Below are positions 22,651-36,444 of a stretch of DNA of 64,000 nt, one piece after another. Each line of letters opens with the position of its first letter. Position 1 is the first letter of the stretch. This DNA comes from Chara braunii. Taxonomy: Eukaryota; Plantae; Charophyceae. Both the position numbers and the translations under genes were made by a program. Under the pieces are notes generated by a model that was not told where the DNA came from, ran no database searches, and was given only the letters and a program-made list of their open reading frames with translations. Location of the stretch: NCBI GenBank assembly GCA_003427395.1, contig BFEA01000001.1, positions 1,796,779 through 1,860,778 of the forward strand, written 5' to 3'.

Positions 22651-24689
22651 TTCCAAAAAAATAAATATTGCTTTTCTCTTCACCCTTTGCTTATATCTTT
22701 ATTTATCTATTTTTATTATTTATTTTATTTTATTCTTGTTTTAAATTTTAATATTTATTTATTGTTTTCTTCCGCCTCCTCTCCATGGTTGATACCCTTT
22801 CTCCTTGATTAGGTTGTCATTACTCCTTTCGAATTCCCCCAAAACCCAGTTAGGATTTTCTAGGGTTTATAGTGTCTGGCGGCTCAAGCCTTATGCCACC
22901 CTTTACTTCCTTGAGAGGATCTAGCGACGATGAGCGGACTTGGTTTGACAGATGAGTTCGGCGATATTTTACTTATGAAGGAAGTTGTTGAGACGATGTT
23001 GGTAAGTGTCAGATCTTGGAACGCAAGATGGTGAGATCAGTTGAGACTACGGGCGACACTGTTGAGGGTCAATGAAATTACTCAGTGCCCTGTTGTAACT
23101 AAGGCCGCGAAGATCTTCAAAGAAAAAAAGACGATTGGGGGTAATAGACAAAAAACGAAATAAGAAAGAGGGAAGTATACTCTAATGTTGAGCTAAGCTT
23201 CGGGGAAAAGAACTCTTTGTGACTTGCGCCGCATGTTTAAGAAACACAAAAGGGGTCACGACGTCCGAGGAGGAATTGGAGGTTGAAGCGTGGGAAAAAT
23301 GTGAAGGCGCTTATGAAGACAAAAACGTTACTTGGCACAGAAACAGTCGAGTGGCGTGGGCTTGTCGGTCGGAAGTAAATGCTTAGAGAAAACTGAAGTA
23401 TCGAGAAAATGAGAAATGCGGATTGATCGAGGACTGAAATTTCTAAGTGGGTGGTTGAAAGGAAAAGTCGCGAGCAACAATACGCTCTAATTTACACAAC
23501 CTCGTCGATGAGGTTGAGCCTCTAGGCCCGAAACTTCGAAATAGGCCTAGGAAAACGAGGTGTGGTACCAGCCCGCTGCTTTTCCCGACAACTTGGCCTG
23601 CTTGGTCCATCTCGTGACCTTTTGGGACCGAAACAAGCTCGGGATTACACCCGGTCGCTGCCCTTATACCGGGGCATTGCAGATCTGCCGACGACACGCC
23701 CGACCTCATTGGTGGTAGCGGAGTGCTAAAGCTGTCTAATGGAGGGCCATACAAACCTTAAAAACCCAACAAGGCTGTTATTCGGGACACTTGGGAATTG
23801 CGCACTTGCAAGCACACAAGGTGTACTGACGTTCGTACGCAAAAGGATCGGGAGGTGAAGATATCACACACGCACCCACCGATGAAATGGTACATTGTGC
23901 GCGATAGGACACTGTCAAGCGAACGTTGCACACATACAGATGCAAGGATCAAGCGCGCAAGGCGCAAAGGAGAAAGGGGGGGAAGACATCATTATCTTCA
24001 TCTTGATCGTCATTAGCGTGCATGAGCGCGACATACAGCAAGTGCGGAGCCACGTGAAGTTGCGCACACTCGCACACAACAACGCACTGGACAAAGAGAA
24101 CGATGTGCTTAAGCGCACAACCATGCACATAAGCATGACAACAGCGCGAGTTGTGCGCTTAACGTTCACCAGTGCGCATCAGCGCGCCAGCGACAGTAAG
24201 CCGCTGTCGCACTTTTTCAATCGGGCCACTTCAAGCGAGCAGAAACCCAAGAGCTTACCAAGATTTTTCATCATCTTTAAAATCTTATTAATGTCCACTA
24301 AAACTTCATTTTAACCTCTTGCTTGCCTTTTTCTTTTAGTTTCCTAATCTTCTCGATAGATTCTTCCCTACTGATTGAGCTGGTTGACAACTGGTGGTTA
24401 TTATGGTGGAAAGTACATGCCATAAAGGTATATTCCTAAGCAGTCTTCGGGTTCTGCAAACCAATCCAGAACGACCCCTTATGGCCAAAGACTTGAACAA
24501 CTTTCATTCATGGCAAAAACGAAGTGCCTACGATATAGTCATGATCCAAATCGGATAGCACGAACCCTAACGGTTCGACAGAGATCGTTTCAGCCTTAAT
24601 TGACAAATTATCAAGGTAACCTGCCAATTAGAGGGTTCCAATAATCACAAACGGTTATCGGGTAGCGGAAAATTCAGGAATGAAAATTA

Positions 24690-25085
24690 TGAAGTGAGTT
24701 TTTGGCAGTCTGAAAATCCTGAATGGTTCTGAAGTGGTGAAAGGTTCGAAGACCCTGAAAACCACCTGTTTAGGCAGGCTGCATCCTGAAGTGGTGAAGG
24801 GTGTCCTGAAGTGGTCAAGTGAGAGTTTTGGGCAGTCTGAAAATCCTGAATGGTCTTGAAGTGGTGAAAGGTCCGAAGACCATGAAAACCACCCTTCACC
24901 ACGTGAAGATGCAGCCTGCCTAAACAAATGTTTTTCAGGGTCTTCAGAACTTTCACCACTTCAGGACCATTCACCATTTTCAGACCTTAATGGTTCAGAA
25001 GTGGTGAAAGGTCCGAAGACCCTGAAAACCACCTGTTTAGGCAGGCTGCATCCTGAAGTGGTGAAGGGTGTCCTGAAGTGGTGAT
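24690..25085. repeat. Complex direct and inverted repeat cluster
   Basis: gaagtggtgaaagg...gaagaccctgaaaaccacctgtttaggcaggctgcatc recurs in direct orientation, with an inverted copy at about 24895-24985. Confidence 0.85.
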
Positions 25086-25199
25086 GAAAAATACGATTGT
25101 TGTTAACCTTCTCTCCCAATAATATTACTTAATATGCTCTTTGATGGTCTATTAACAGTTAAGTCGCAAGCTTTCATAGTCCTCTTGGAGAGAAGAATC

Positions 25200-28100
25200 A
25201 TTTTTCCCCCAGAGTCTACCAAGGTTTAGATCTTTACCTGATTGATATAGATATTTAAATATTCGCAACCCATGGTTACAAAGTTCATCTTACAACCTGA
25301 CAATAATCTGTTCACTTTACTGGGGAAAACCGATCCCAAGTAATTAACTTTCACATTTTTCTTTTCAATCAACTTGTCAAGTTCCTCTCTCAACGTGGGT
25401 GCTAAGGTCATTGGCTCTTTGAAAGACAGAGTCACCTCGGTTTCCAATAGCATCTTTGTAATTACATCAGTGATTACAACTCCATCTTCCAATTTATTCT
25501 TGAGAATGAAATTTATTTTTTTCCCTTATTCATTCTTTCGAAATGAAAGGGTGTTTTTGGTCCTGATCATCAAGAATATTAATCAAAGTCTCTTCAACTT
25601 TCCTCCTTTTCTTTTCTTTGATCATCTGAGGTGTCAAGATCGCTTGAAGGTTACTCATCTGTCTAACCACTATATCAGACTCCATGATGACTTTTGGCGC
25701 TAGGACATCATGTTGACTGAATAAGCGGGTTTGCTAGAAGAAAATACCACTAGCTCAGGAAAACTCCAAGAAACATAATTTTAAAGGAAGTCTCACCAGA
25801 CAGGTCTTTTACTAGTGTCAAGGACCGTAAGGGCATATCAATCATGGTGGAACGATCATCGGATTTCCGCACAAGTTTTTCAGACAGCTCACCAATAAGA
25901 AAATAGATATTCACATTAGTTTTTTTTCCTTATTTTTCTTTATTTTTTTTTCGTGTTTAAGATCAAGAAGTCTCATACCTTTCGGATGTCTGAGATCCAA
26001 TTTGTTCAATGAACTATCACAGACGTGACTTATTGCATCCTTCTTGGTAAACCCATTCTTCACGTTTTATTCTAGGGGTTTACAATAGATGGTGATATGA
26101 CCTCCTTCACCACAGTAGTAGCAGACAAAACTCTTCCTAGGGCGATCATCATACTTTCTCCTCTCTGTGTTTCCTTTTCCACCACTCACTCTATTATTTC
26201 TAGGCCTGAAAGAGTCTCCTCTTCTTCCATAGCCATCATCATCATCATCATCATCACTTTCAACCTTCTTCTTCCCTTTCTTATCTGCAATATGATTATC
26301 TAATATATAATTGGTCATAACTTGCTCGGATTGTTCTCTTTATTCAAGCCATTTCCCCTCTTCTAGTCTTTAGCCAGACTACTGATTTGATTCAGTAACC
26401 ATTTTTTGTGTGAAACTGTAGCTAGACTTCTGACTAGTGCAACAATTTCATCCCATATGAGAGAATAATGTTGAGCCTGATTCAGAACTTTCTGCCTCTC
26501 ATTATCGGTGAGGTTAGTCAGTAAAATATAACATCTCTGGACCTCGTTCGAATATAAGATTTTTCACTATCTGTATGAATGTCCGAAGAAAAACATAAAA
26601 TTATCATACTTAGCTCTTTTGATATTGAGGAGATCCTTGGTGGTAGTTGGGACAAAGTCTTTCTCAAATTCTTTTCTCATTCTTTCCTTTACTTTTTCCC
26701 ATGTCGTGACCCCTTCCATTGGTTCTTGGATTGTCAACCTCGAGTCAGAGTCACACTATGATAGAAGGTGTTTAAGTCGCTATTTGTCAGTCCAACCATA
26801 AATGAGTCCAAATAATTCATATTCATCCAAAATATTATTTACATGAAGTCTTCTAAAACATAAATTTTTTTCCTTTGTTTTTTTTTGTCTTACAATATCC
26901 GACCCTTATTTTATAGTGTCAACTCTCTCAACCAATTTTTGTATAGCACTCATGAGGGTCTCTCCACGAGTCTTTGCAGAGGAACTGAGCCTGAATTAGG
27001 CCTCCCTCATCCCGACATCTTGACCATCAACTTTCTTGATACACCCTCTTTCTCTTTATTCGTCATTTTTGACGTCTTCTTTCCTACAATCAATTTTTTA
27101 CTTTCCTCGCAATTAATAGAGGTTCGTCTCTCTCTTCTCTTGTCTATTACACCCGTTGCGAATTCCGTATAAAGAGAGTATAAGCAATAATGGTATGAGT
27201 AGAGATCAAGAGCAAGGTGATTCTTCTTAATCTCCCATAATAATCTTCAATTAGTTTCCTCTCCTCGTCCTTACTCAATCTTCTGTTATACCCTCTCACA
27301 GTTCTCTGGATCATAAAGTATTTTATCAAATTTATAATATCAGACCCAAATTGTATTGTTTATGGACCATTGTTGATTCTTCTGGCAAGAGAGACTCGTT
27401 CACTGTAGGAGTGATATGATACTCCATCAACGATCCTCACTCTCACTATTTTCAACAGGTATCTGATCTCGGTCTGATCAGTAACGACCCTTAAAGCAGA
27501 GTCTCTCATCCGATCAAGAATGGGTTGCAAGAACTCGAGCTCATCCAAAGTGGAGAGATTTTTGTTTAAGATCCAGAGAGTACCTTCTATTTTGACCACC
27601 CTTCCTTCCAATACAACCCCAAACGTTAGTTGTTCAACCGAACCAAACATTATTAATCATTAAGGACAACGTCAAGAGCGATAGATCTCGGGTTCGGTCT
27701 AAGCAGGGATCTCAAACGTATGCTCGAAGGTATTCATAAGCAATGACTTTATCATCACAATACAATCACTCTCTCTTGCTTTACCCGCAATGGCAATGAC
27801 TTCCAAGTCCAGTCTCTCCTGTCATCAAAGTCATCACTAGTTGAGAAGCTAGGGAGTCTTTCAAACTGCCTCTCTCCTTTTCCCCAAGTTACCTTTCGTT
27901 GTAGTTTCTCAAGTTACTCCTTTGTTTTTATAAGACTAATGTAAGCCTTGTCCGATAGTTCAGTTAGTATGTCTCCTTCGTTAGACAAACCGGGGTGTAG
28001 ATTCTCACGTCCAAGTTACCAGTATTCAGGAACTTGACCATTGGTGGTCTCTTCCACAAATCTTATATCTGATAATTATAAAGGGATTATCATACATAGT

Positions 28101-28497
28101 CATTTATATAATCTTCCTTTCGCGACTGAAATTCTTGTCACTTACAACGTTCTTCTTAAGACTTTTACGCCTTCCATACAAATTTCATCATATCTACCCA
28201 ACTGTCGGTTTCCTTTCCTGAAAGCCTTCTTGTTCTCATGGCAGTCCCTTCATTTCTCTTTTCTCAGTATCATGTTGATAATTGGCAGCCAATTACTTCC
28301 ATCACAATAGTTGTTAGGAATAAGAGGAATACGAATCGTCTCATAGGTTACTGGCATTAAACCCCATTCCACTTTCTTCCTTGGCTTGGTTAGTTCTGCC
28401 TTTTCGTCATATATGAACTGAGTAACAATTTCTTATAAGCATTTAAAGTTATCACCATCATTGTTGCGTCCTTCCTTGACGTAAGGTCGGATACCGT
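25200..28497 (-). mobile_element. Decayed LTR-retrotransposon gag region with CCHC zinc knuckle
   Basis: CYYCGEGGHITIYC lies in ORF 26067-26318. The downstream TEVTLSFKEPMTLAPTLREEL is typical of the gag-protease linker. Many stops are present and the boundaries are approximate. Confidence 0.7.
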
Positions 28498-29050
28498 TGT
28501 CGAGCGCATCGGCCCTCACGCGAATGTGGACCCTCCCGGTGTCGAGCGCATCGGTCCGGGACCAGGTACCGAGGGACCCTCCCGACCGCATCACGCAGGA
28601 GTTGGGATTAATCCTCGTCGCGAATACATACATGGAGCTTCCGCAAGCCGCTCCGGCCGAGTGCGCCAGCCATACCTCTTGCGAGCCCCTACGACATGAT
28701 AGGGCCTACGTGAGGCACGACTTACCTCCACCTTACGAGAGTTGTCACCTCCCTTTGGTGGGCGTATCCACGCCGAGCTACCAGTCTGCAATACGAAAGT
28801 TGATCAGTTGCAATCGCAGAGGTGGACCAGCCGAGGGCGTTTCTCATTCGCTGTAGCATAGGGGGTACGCGCGGTAGTACGCCTCTATCGGACCCGCACG
28901 GGAACTGACACCTTGGGGGGCAGAAGTCCCAAGCGCGACTCGTTGTCGGTCGACCAAGACGTATCCCACACGCCATGTGCACACCACTATAAGGAACATA
29001 AAAATAACACACCCACACAACATACACACGAAACGACACAACATAACCAA
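28498..29050 (-). mobile_element. LTR-end unit of the TGTCG family
   Basis: Begins ccgt|TGTCGAGCGCATCGG and is homologous to 39563-40029. Confidence 0.8.
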
Positions 29051-30113
29051 CGCGACAACGCTCCTAGTCCCTTAGTAGCCTTCCTATAATTTTCCAATGC
29101 GGAATTGGAAAAGCGTCGCGCGTGAGACTCAGTATAAAACCGCGCGAACGCAGGGCTTTTTCATATCGACTCGCAATGCAAGCATACACAAGCGGTTGCA
29201 GTGATGGCGTACTATGCAGTACCCATACTCATGCGGCCCTCGTTAATCTCGAGGGTCGTATTCGACACTCAAGTGTCGGCTAACACTCGCCTTGAGGGTT
29301 AATCTCTCGACGCTGGACAACCGCCAAGTGCGGTTGAAAACCACACCCTCTTCTGCACCATGCGGAGAGTGGGTGGTACACAGGTTCATGCATGTGGTGG
29401 CAGTCGTCTCTTATTGCCCTGGGGACCAGCTCCATCACCTAGGGCCTGGAAAGAAGTCCAGGGGTTTGACTTTGACGGCTGCCACGGATTACAACGTCCA
29501 ACCATAATAATTCTACAAAGCAAATATAGGCCGAAGGCCTCCCGGCCCCGAAATCACAAACTTGGGTACCCCCGTTTTTCTTTTGGATGGCACCACGGCC
29601 TACACCGATGTTGAACGCTCATTCACATGTACGAGTCTCTTGATCTCATAACTTCAAATACTAGGACGGCGAAACGTCGCGCAGAAGATTTTGATATAAA
29701 GTTGCACGGCTGCAGGCCAGTCCTATACCAACCAGCGATGCTAGTCATACGCGGTAATCGGAGTCTCGGCCTCGCGATATTGAATGGCTGAAGAAATGTA
29801 TCGTGAGGGGTTGCCCTTCACGATATTGAACGGCTGAAGGACATGTCGTTCGGCCCTCACGACATTTTTGCCCTCAGGGTAGGGTGTCTCGGTGGGCAAA
29901 GCAGATAGGCTCTGCGCGAGGGAAGGCTCCTCTTTTGCAGAGCCTAGGGCTTGGGATGTCCCGGACAAGGACCTTGAATCCCGGCCCAGGACCAACGTCC
30001 GACTAAGAAATCAGAAAAAGTATACAATTAAGAGGAAAGGGTTTTCTGTCTACCTCACCCCTATTTAACCCTTAATACGCTGGCCCCTTGGGCCATGCGA
30101 ACTTCCAACATAG

Positions 30114-30117
<4 letters not shown>

Positions 30118-30204
<87 letters not shown>
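30118..30204. repeat. (TA)n microsatellite
   Basis: Directly visible. Confidence 0.97.
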
Positions 30205-30206
<2 letters not shown>

Positions 30207-30889
30207 TACAAGGGGATAAGTATGTGACGATCACTTCTCACAATCACAGTGGGGCCCCTCACAACCATAGGTATATGTGTGATTGCAGACAGTCAAATCT
30301 TAAATCCGAACCACAAAACATACCTGCAATCACATCAAAAAATCAAACAAGGTCCACACACTACATGGAGTCAACCCCAACCACTCTCCATACTCGTACG
30401 CCTCGTTTTAGTCATGCAAGCCCCAGCCTCCTGTCCAACCAACCATAATTAAGTACTCAGTACCTTTGTTAAATGGCCATTCAAGAAAAGTCCGAGTGAA
30501 ACCTTAACAAAATAATAAAATCACAAGGGCTAAAGCCTTTTTAGGTTAAGTATTGAGGATAAGCTGGAATTGAATCGTAAACCGATGAATCGGCAACCGA
30601 CCTGTTATCAGTGATAACAGAATGTGGTCCTCGTGGGATGAAAAATTGAATTTAGTCCAGAATCCTGAATTGACTCGTTTAAGAAGACCTGTAACACAAG
30701 ACAGGCCAATCCCCAAGCTAAGTCTATAAGTTCATGGAGAATAATCTCCATATCACGACCTCACCCCAATCATCATAATTAACTGGGCTTAAACCTACCT
30801 CTGAGCAGGTGCCAAAGCAACGGTAGACCTTAGCATAATCTCCCCTACACGGAGTGGATCTCCCAGAATTACCACCTGTCAACTATAAT

Positions 30890-31406
30890 CTAACTCCTCT
30901 AAACTTTGAGAATTTCGGCAGCGCTTCCCGTAGGAAAAGTGTCATCGCAGAATTTATACTAGTAAAAAAATCAGACTTTTGAATTTTAGAAAGTCAAAAT
31001 TCGTCTAACTCCCTGATTTAGTAACAATTTGGGCAGCACTTCCTCTGGAAGGGAAGACTGTCTACATTTATGCAAAGTCAGATATGAACTCAAACATAAA
31101 GTAAGAGCTCTGTTAAAACAGAATTCTAACCAACTCCTTAGATTTGTAGAAATTTCGGCAGCGCTTCTCATAGAGAAAGTGTTATTCCAAGTTTAGAATA
31201 TGAAATGATTTTGACCCTTCAATGCCCAATTTTGTCTAACTCCCTGAATTAATAAAAATTTTGGCAGCACTTCCTTTAGAAAGGGAGGCTTCCCAAATTC
31301 TTACGAAGTCAAAAAGCCGACAAGACTGGATCCTGAAGAATACAAAGTTTTGACTAACTCCTTGGTTTTGTAGAAATTTCGGTAGCGCTTCCTGTAGAGA
31401 AAGTGG
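30890..31406. repeat. Five spaced motif repeats (period 105-125 bp), each with a hairpin
   Basis: CTAACTCC...AATTTYGGCAGCRCTT-like motifs start at 30890, 31005, 31130, 31235 and 31353. Confidence 0.85.
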
Positions 31407-31719
31407 CTTGCCAAGATTTATACAAGACCAAAGTATAACAAAAAGTCTCAGAAAATGCAGAAATCGACCTCAGTAAAATAAACTTAGCTCAGAAAATGCA
31501 GAAGTTGAAACTAACTCCTATGGCTCTAGCACGTGGCGAACAACTAAAACAACTACCTATCAACTTGAAACTTAGATCAGATAGTCATCCCACTCAACCA
31601 CATGCAAGCCAAACCATAAAGGTAAGTGCCCTCACCATCCCAAGTAAATTCTCATAAGATAGTTCATGAGTCTGTAGCTCATTCAACCCTTATACCCAAC
31701 TTACATATGGCACTAATGT

Positions 31720-32333
31720 TGGACCATTCGGCTTGGAAACAATGTCCAGTGTGCCTTTAGGATATACACGAACAGGTTGCACTACTACTTTTCTATTCTT
31801 TGGATATTTGGTTAAACCATTCGGCTTGGAAACAATGTCTAGCCACCCTGAACTGTTTGATATTCAAAGTTTTAGTAATTCCCTGACTTAGTTCTCAAAA
31901 GAAGGTGCAATATGGGCAGGGGACTGAACCATTCGGCTTGGAAAGAATGATCAGCTTGCCCAGTCTATTTTCAATTATAATTCGTGATTTCCCTTCTCTT
32001 CTTAGTGATATGGCTTAACGTTGGACCATTCGGCTTGGAAAAAATGCCCAACTGTCAGTTCACATGCAAATATATGTAAAATATTTCCTTTCATACTCAG
32101 GTTATACTTGTGTGCGGGGTTTTCAGGCTAAGTCATTCAACTTAGAAACAATGCTCAACCTTAGACCAGGAATCCTCCCTCAGAACAAAACAAGAAAACC
32201 CCTTTACATCATGCAAACCCTAAGAAAAATAAACATGGCAACCAGGTCATTCAACTTAGAAACAATGTCTGACCCTTTAGAAAACAGTCAAATAAACACA
32301 GCCCTGAGCCATTCATCTTAGAAACAATGCTCA
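31720..32333 (-). repeat. Array of seven conserved stem-loops separated by unique spacers
   Basis: CATTCGGCTTGGAAACAATG or CATTCAACTTAGAAACAATG occurs at 31725, 31818, 31930, 32027, 32134, 32248 and 32310. Each copy has a different but self-complementary flank. Confidence 0.9.
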
Positions 32334-34621
32334 TTCCTTGGTTGACCCGGCCAAACGCATCCAGTCTGCCTTCCTCCCACCTTCCCTCAGTTTATCCCTT
32401 AGTCTGCTTTCAGTAAAAAATAAAGGGAAACTTAGGCTTCACTCTCATACATTCTTTCCATTCACTCTGATTATGTCCTGAATAGAAAGCAAGAATCATA
32501 GGGACAGTCTCATGCATACGTCAGTCAGACTAATAAGGGATAGGCAAACATGGGTGGTATGGGGTTTTACAGATAGAGAGATGGTATACCTGATGGTTCC
32601 CTGCCTCCAGAACCTCGCCTAGGTTCCGGCAGAGCTCCCGCAATCGGTGGGTGGACTCCCTACGGGTTGCAATCCCGCCTGCCGCCTTCCTCTCGTAACC
32701 AACAGACTAGACTTAGAATGAGAAGGGCAGAAAAATAAAGTTTTGAGACTCTCAGATCCAAGGAGGGTGCACTTAGACTCGCCAGAGAGGGCCTCGTTCT
32801 CTTGATTCTCATGAGGGCCCCGCAATGATGGCCAAGAACCGCAACAACTTGGTCAATCTCTGAAGTCAACTGTCAAAGTCACCCCCCCTGACGGCCTCTC
32901 TGAAGTCAACTGTCATAGTGCCAACCTCTCTTCACAGTCTGGCTACTCCTTTAAGTTTCGACACCACGCTTCACAGCCACCTGCGTCAGCCAGCGGCCTC
33001 CAACAACATCCTGCAACAGTGTGCAACCGTGTGCAATAGTGTGCAGCAGTGTGCAACAGCGTGCAGCAGCAGTTTGGGCACAGTCACCAGCAGCGATTTA
33101 TACCTCACTAACAGCAGTCTGCGGTAGTGCGCAGCAGCATGCAACAGCATACAGCGGTGGCCAGCAGCAAGGCCACAGTCAACAGTAGCATGTTTCCTTC
33201 AGCAGCAACAGTTTTCCACAACCTATAGTAGTCATTCATGCACTGCCGACAGACATCACTGCCGTTATCGAGCGCATTGGTCCCACATGGGGACCCTCCC
33301 GGCCGCGTCACGCTGGATTTTGGCAGGACTTGTCGCGGAGAGCGTTTGCCGCTCCGGCTGAGTGCGCCAGCCGTACCTCTCGCGAGCCCCTACGACAGGA
33401 CAGGGTCACGCGAGGCACCGCTTACCTCCACCTGCGGGAGCTATCACCATCCCTTAGGTGGGCGTATCCCCGTTGAGCTACTGAACCACATGCGAAGGTT
33501 TTTCATATGCAATTGCAGGTGGCCCAGCCAAGGGCGTTTCTCGTTCGTTATAGCATAGGGGGTACGCGCGGTCGAACGCCCAAAAATCGAACCCGCACGC
33601 GAATCGACGCACTAGGGGGCTGAGGTCCCAAACGCAACTCGGCGCCGGTCGACTAGGACGCATCCTACATACCACGCATTACACCACAACACTCACACAC
33701 AAAACAAATAACATAACACCACAACAAACCTGTCGAGCGCATCGGTCCCGCACGGGGACCCTCCGACCGCGTCACGCAGGATTTTGGCAGGACTTGTCGC
33801 GGAGAGCGTTTGCCGCTCCGGCCGAGTGCGCCAGCCAACCTCCCGTTTGCTCCATGCTCCTAGCGTCGACGACCAGTGACCCAACATCTCCGCTCGCAGA
33901 TAGGGCGAGCAAAAAGAAAGAAAAATAATTTAATATGAAAAAAAAACAAAATGAAATGAACCTTCTACTAAAAACGATCAAATACATCTACCACTCGAAC
34001 CTCTCCAACCAGTGCAGTCCATAGTCTATCAGACCAAACACTGAACTCTTATCTTCCCAATTTAACACCTCCACTCAATCTGCCAGCCATAAAAATGTTG
34101 AAATATCATTTTCCCTCACCCGATTCCAACAAGAATCGAGTGAAATCTCGGTTCTCTTCTTTCCTCGTCTCCTCTCCCTCCATATCCCACGCACTAACTT
34201 TCTCTACTAACTCCTGTCTTACTAATCTTCTTCTACTTCCGACTACGGAATCGGGGTCGCAAGGGCCATAAACCTCCGATTCGAGGCCCTCCCTCGCCCG
34301 TTTTCATCAAGAAACGGGCGAGATCCACAATCCTCATCTCTACTCCTCCTTCTTCATCGCCATGTTCGCGCGGCCCGTTTTCTTTCTAACTTCTCTCCCA
34401 CTAACTTTTTACTCAACCTAAGGTCATATTCGAGTTCGCCCTACTCAAAACCCCCAAGCAGGTTCCTTCCTCGACCGATTTCATTAAGAAACGGGCGGAT
34501 TCTTCCATCTCCTCTCTGCCATCTCCCTTCCCCCTCGTCGCACATGCATCTGGCGCATGTTCGCGCCTAGATTCGGTGTTTTTCTCTGCTGCCTTTGCTG
34601 CCCCGACTCTCTGCCTCCTCT

Positions 34622-34775
34622 TACTACTAACGCAGCCTCCTTCTCGTTGTCTTCTCTTCCTACTAACGCAGCCCCCCTTCTCACTGCCTTCTCTTCCTAC
34701 TAACGCAGCCCCCCTTCTCGCTGCCTTCTCTTCCTACTAACGCAGCCCCCCTTCTCGCTGCCTTCTCTTCCGCTG
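34622..34775. repeat. ~43-bp minisatellite, about 3.5 copies
   Basis: ctactaacgcagcccccttctcgctgccttctcttc is repeated. Confidence 0.85.
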
Positions 34776-35214
34776 CGCTGCCCTGCTGTACAGTCTCCTA
34801 GCGCACCGGCCTGTCCCTGCCTCGCCTCTGCACAGCGCTGCCCGGTCCGATCGACCACTCGTTACCTAGAGACGTGCCATTTGTCTCTCCCTCCGCCATG
34901 GCTGATTCTCTCCATAGTTGCGCCCTTCTTTGTGTTGCATGCACCCGGCACATTCCCCCGTCCAGGTTTATTCCTTTGTTTCTCATCACCTTGTCGGGCT
35001 CGTCCCCTGCTCCTCTACCCGATAACACTTAGCACAACACCTTGTCCTGACGGCCCCTGCGCACTCTCTCAATCCTACAATGTCTCCCCTTCCTTCTGCT
35101 CGTCGCTCTATCCGCCCCTGCCTAGTGCTGCCTGTTTCGGCTCAGTCCATAACTCCCATCACCCCGTCAGTCTCTGCGCCGCTACCTTATAGTTGGCCAG
35201 ACGGTCGAGCACCT

Positions 35215-35280
35215 CCGTCTGGTCCAAACTTGGGTCTGTACTTCAGCAGTTCATGGGTGTACCCACTGAGCTAGGCTCCC
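35215..35280 (-). ncRNA. tRNA-derived (SINE-head-like) segment inside the LTR
   Basis: The minus strand has an A-box TAGCTCAGTGG and a decayed B-box GTTTGGACC; homologous to 54493-54557. Confidence 0.6.
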
Positions 35281-35307
35281 GACCCGTCCCAAGATCGGTA
35301 CCAGGCA

Positions 35308-35345
<38 letters not shown>

Positions 35346-36444
35346 AAAAAAAAAAAAAAAAAAAACTTTGAAAAAAAAAAAATCTAGGAAAACGACTGAG
35401 GGGGAGGAGGACCATTGGCACTTGGTCCTCGGTACTGCCTATCGGGCCCACTGTCCGACTCCCAAACAAAAACTAAGGGGGATAGTCCTGCGGGACCCTC
35501 AACCCCTTAGTTTCCTCCATAAGACGCTCCTTTGATCCTTTGCTGCCGGCCGCTGGCCTTGATCCCCAAATCTCTGTAGTGTCAGTCCAACGTGATAACC
35601 TATAGGGCTAAGCCCAAGCCTGGAGGCAGATGGCCCGGACTTTATAAAGACGTCCGGTGCCGAGTTATAATTGTCGAACTGCGCCACAGGCTGAGCTTTG
35701 GCACACTGTCCCGTACTAACGCTCGTAGGCACGGACCCCTGCTGCATGAGGGCCTAATTCTTGCTGCCGCTGAGCCCGTGACACAACCGCGTCGTTACTC
35801 CAAACTCCAGCCTTCTTACTAGGTTACCTCTCCGAGGGATCGCACTTCTAGCACATGGCGTTGGTGAAACCCCGATTTCTAAAGTGCCGCCCACGACTTC
35901 CACCGTCGATCAATATCATGGTTGGTACACCCAACACTTTACACTTTACCGGTCCTAGTGTAGTAGCACGCAAGTCAATCGAAAAAAAACTTAAGCTTAG
36001 ATCATCAGTACCTGGCCTCGGATGTGAACGCGTACTGCGTGCGCTATTGTAGTCCCCCTCACGGTCCTCTCCCAATGTTAACCAAAAATTTTGCCGGCGG
36101 AAACGCCGATTCTATAGTATCAAAATAAAAATCATCACGCGCGCCTCAATCTGCGCGCTCACATACTCTTTACTTCCAGTCCACCAAAGACAACCGCGAC
36201 TTCGCATGGTATACTCAACTTTTGAACAACTTACTTTCTGTCACTTGCGAAAACCAGGGCGGATACCCTTGTAAGGGTATTCGCGCCGATAACTTACCGG
36301 CCCTTATTAAGTGACGTCCCCGTCGCGTCGAATAATCAAAAGTTATCAATTCATCCATAAGTCCCCATGCTGACAAGAAAAGAACCAATCTGATCGGCCG
36401 ACTGACTCCGTTCGAGTGTTTACCAGACAGTACCCAATATGTCT

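Noticed and set aside
31720-32333. True CRISPR array
   Set aside because: Eukaryotic context, no cas genes, irregular long spacers and variable repeat flanks; reported as a hairpin array instead.
35555-35590. Minus-strand TACAGAGA as a U6 5' piece
   Set aside because: Only 8 nt long and absent from the homologous 43.1-kb region.
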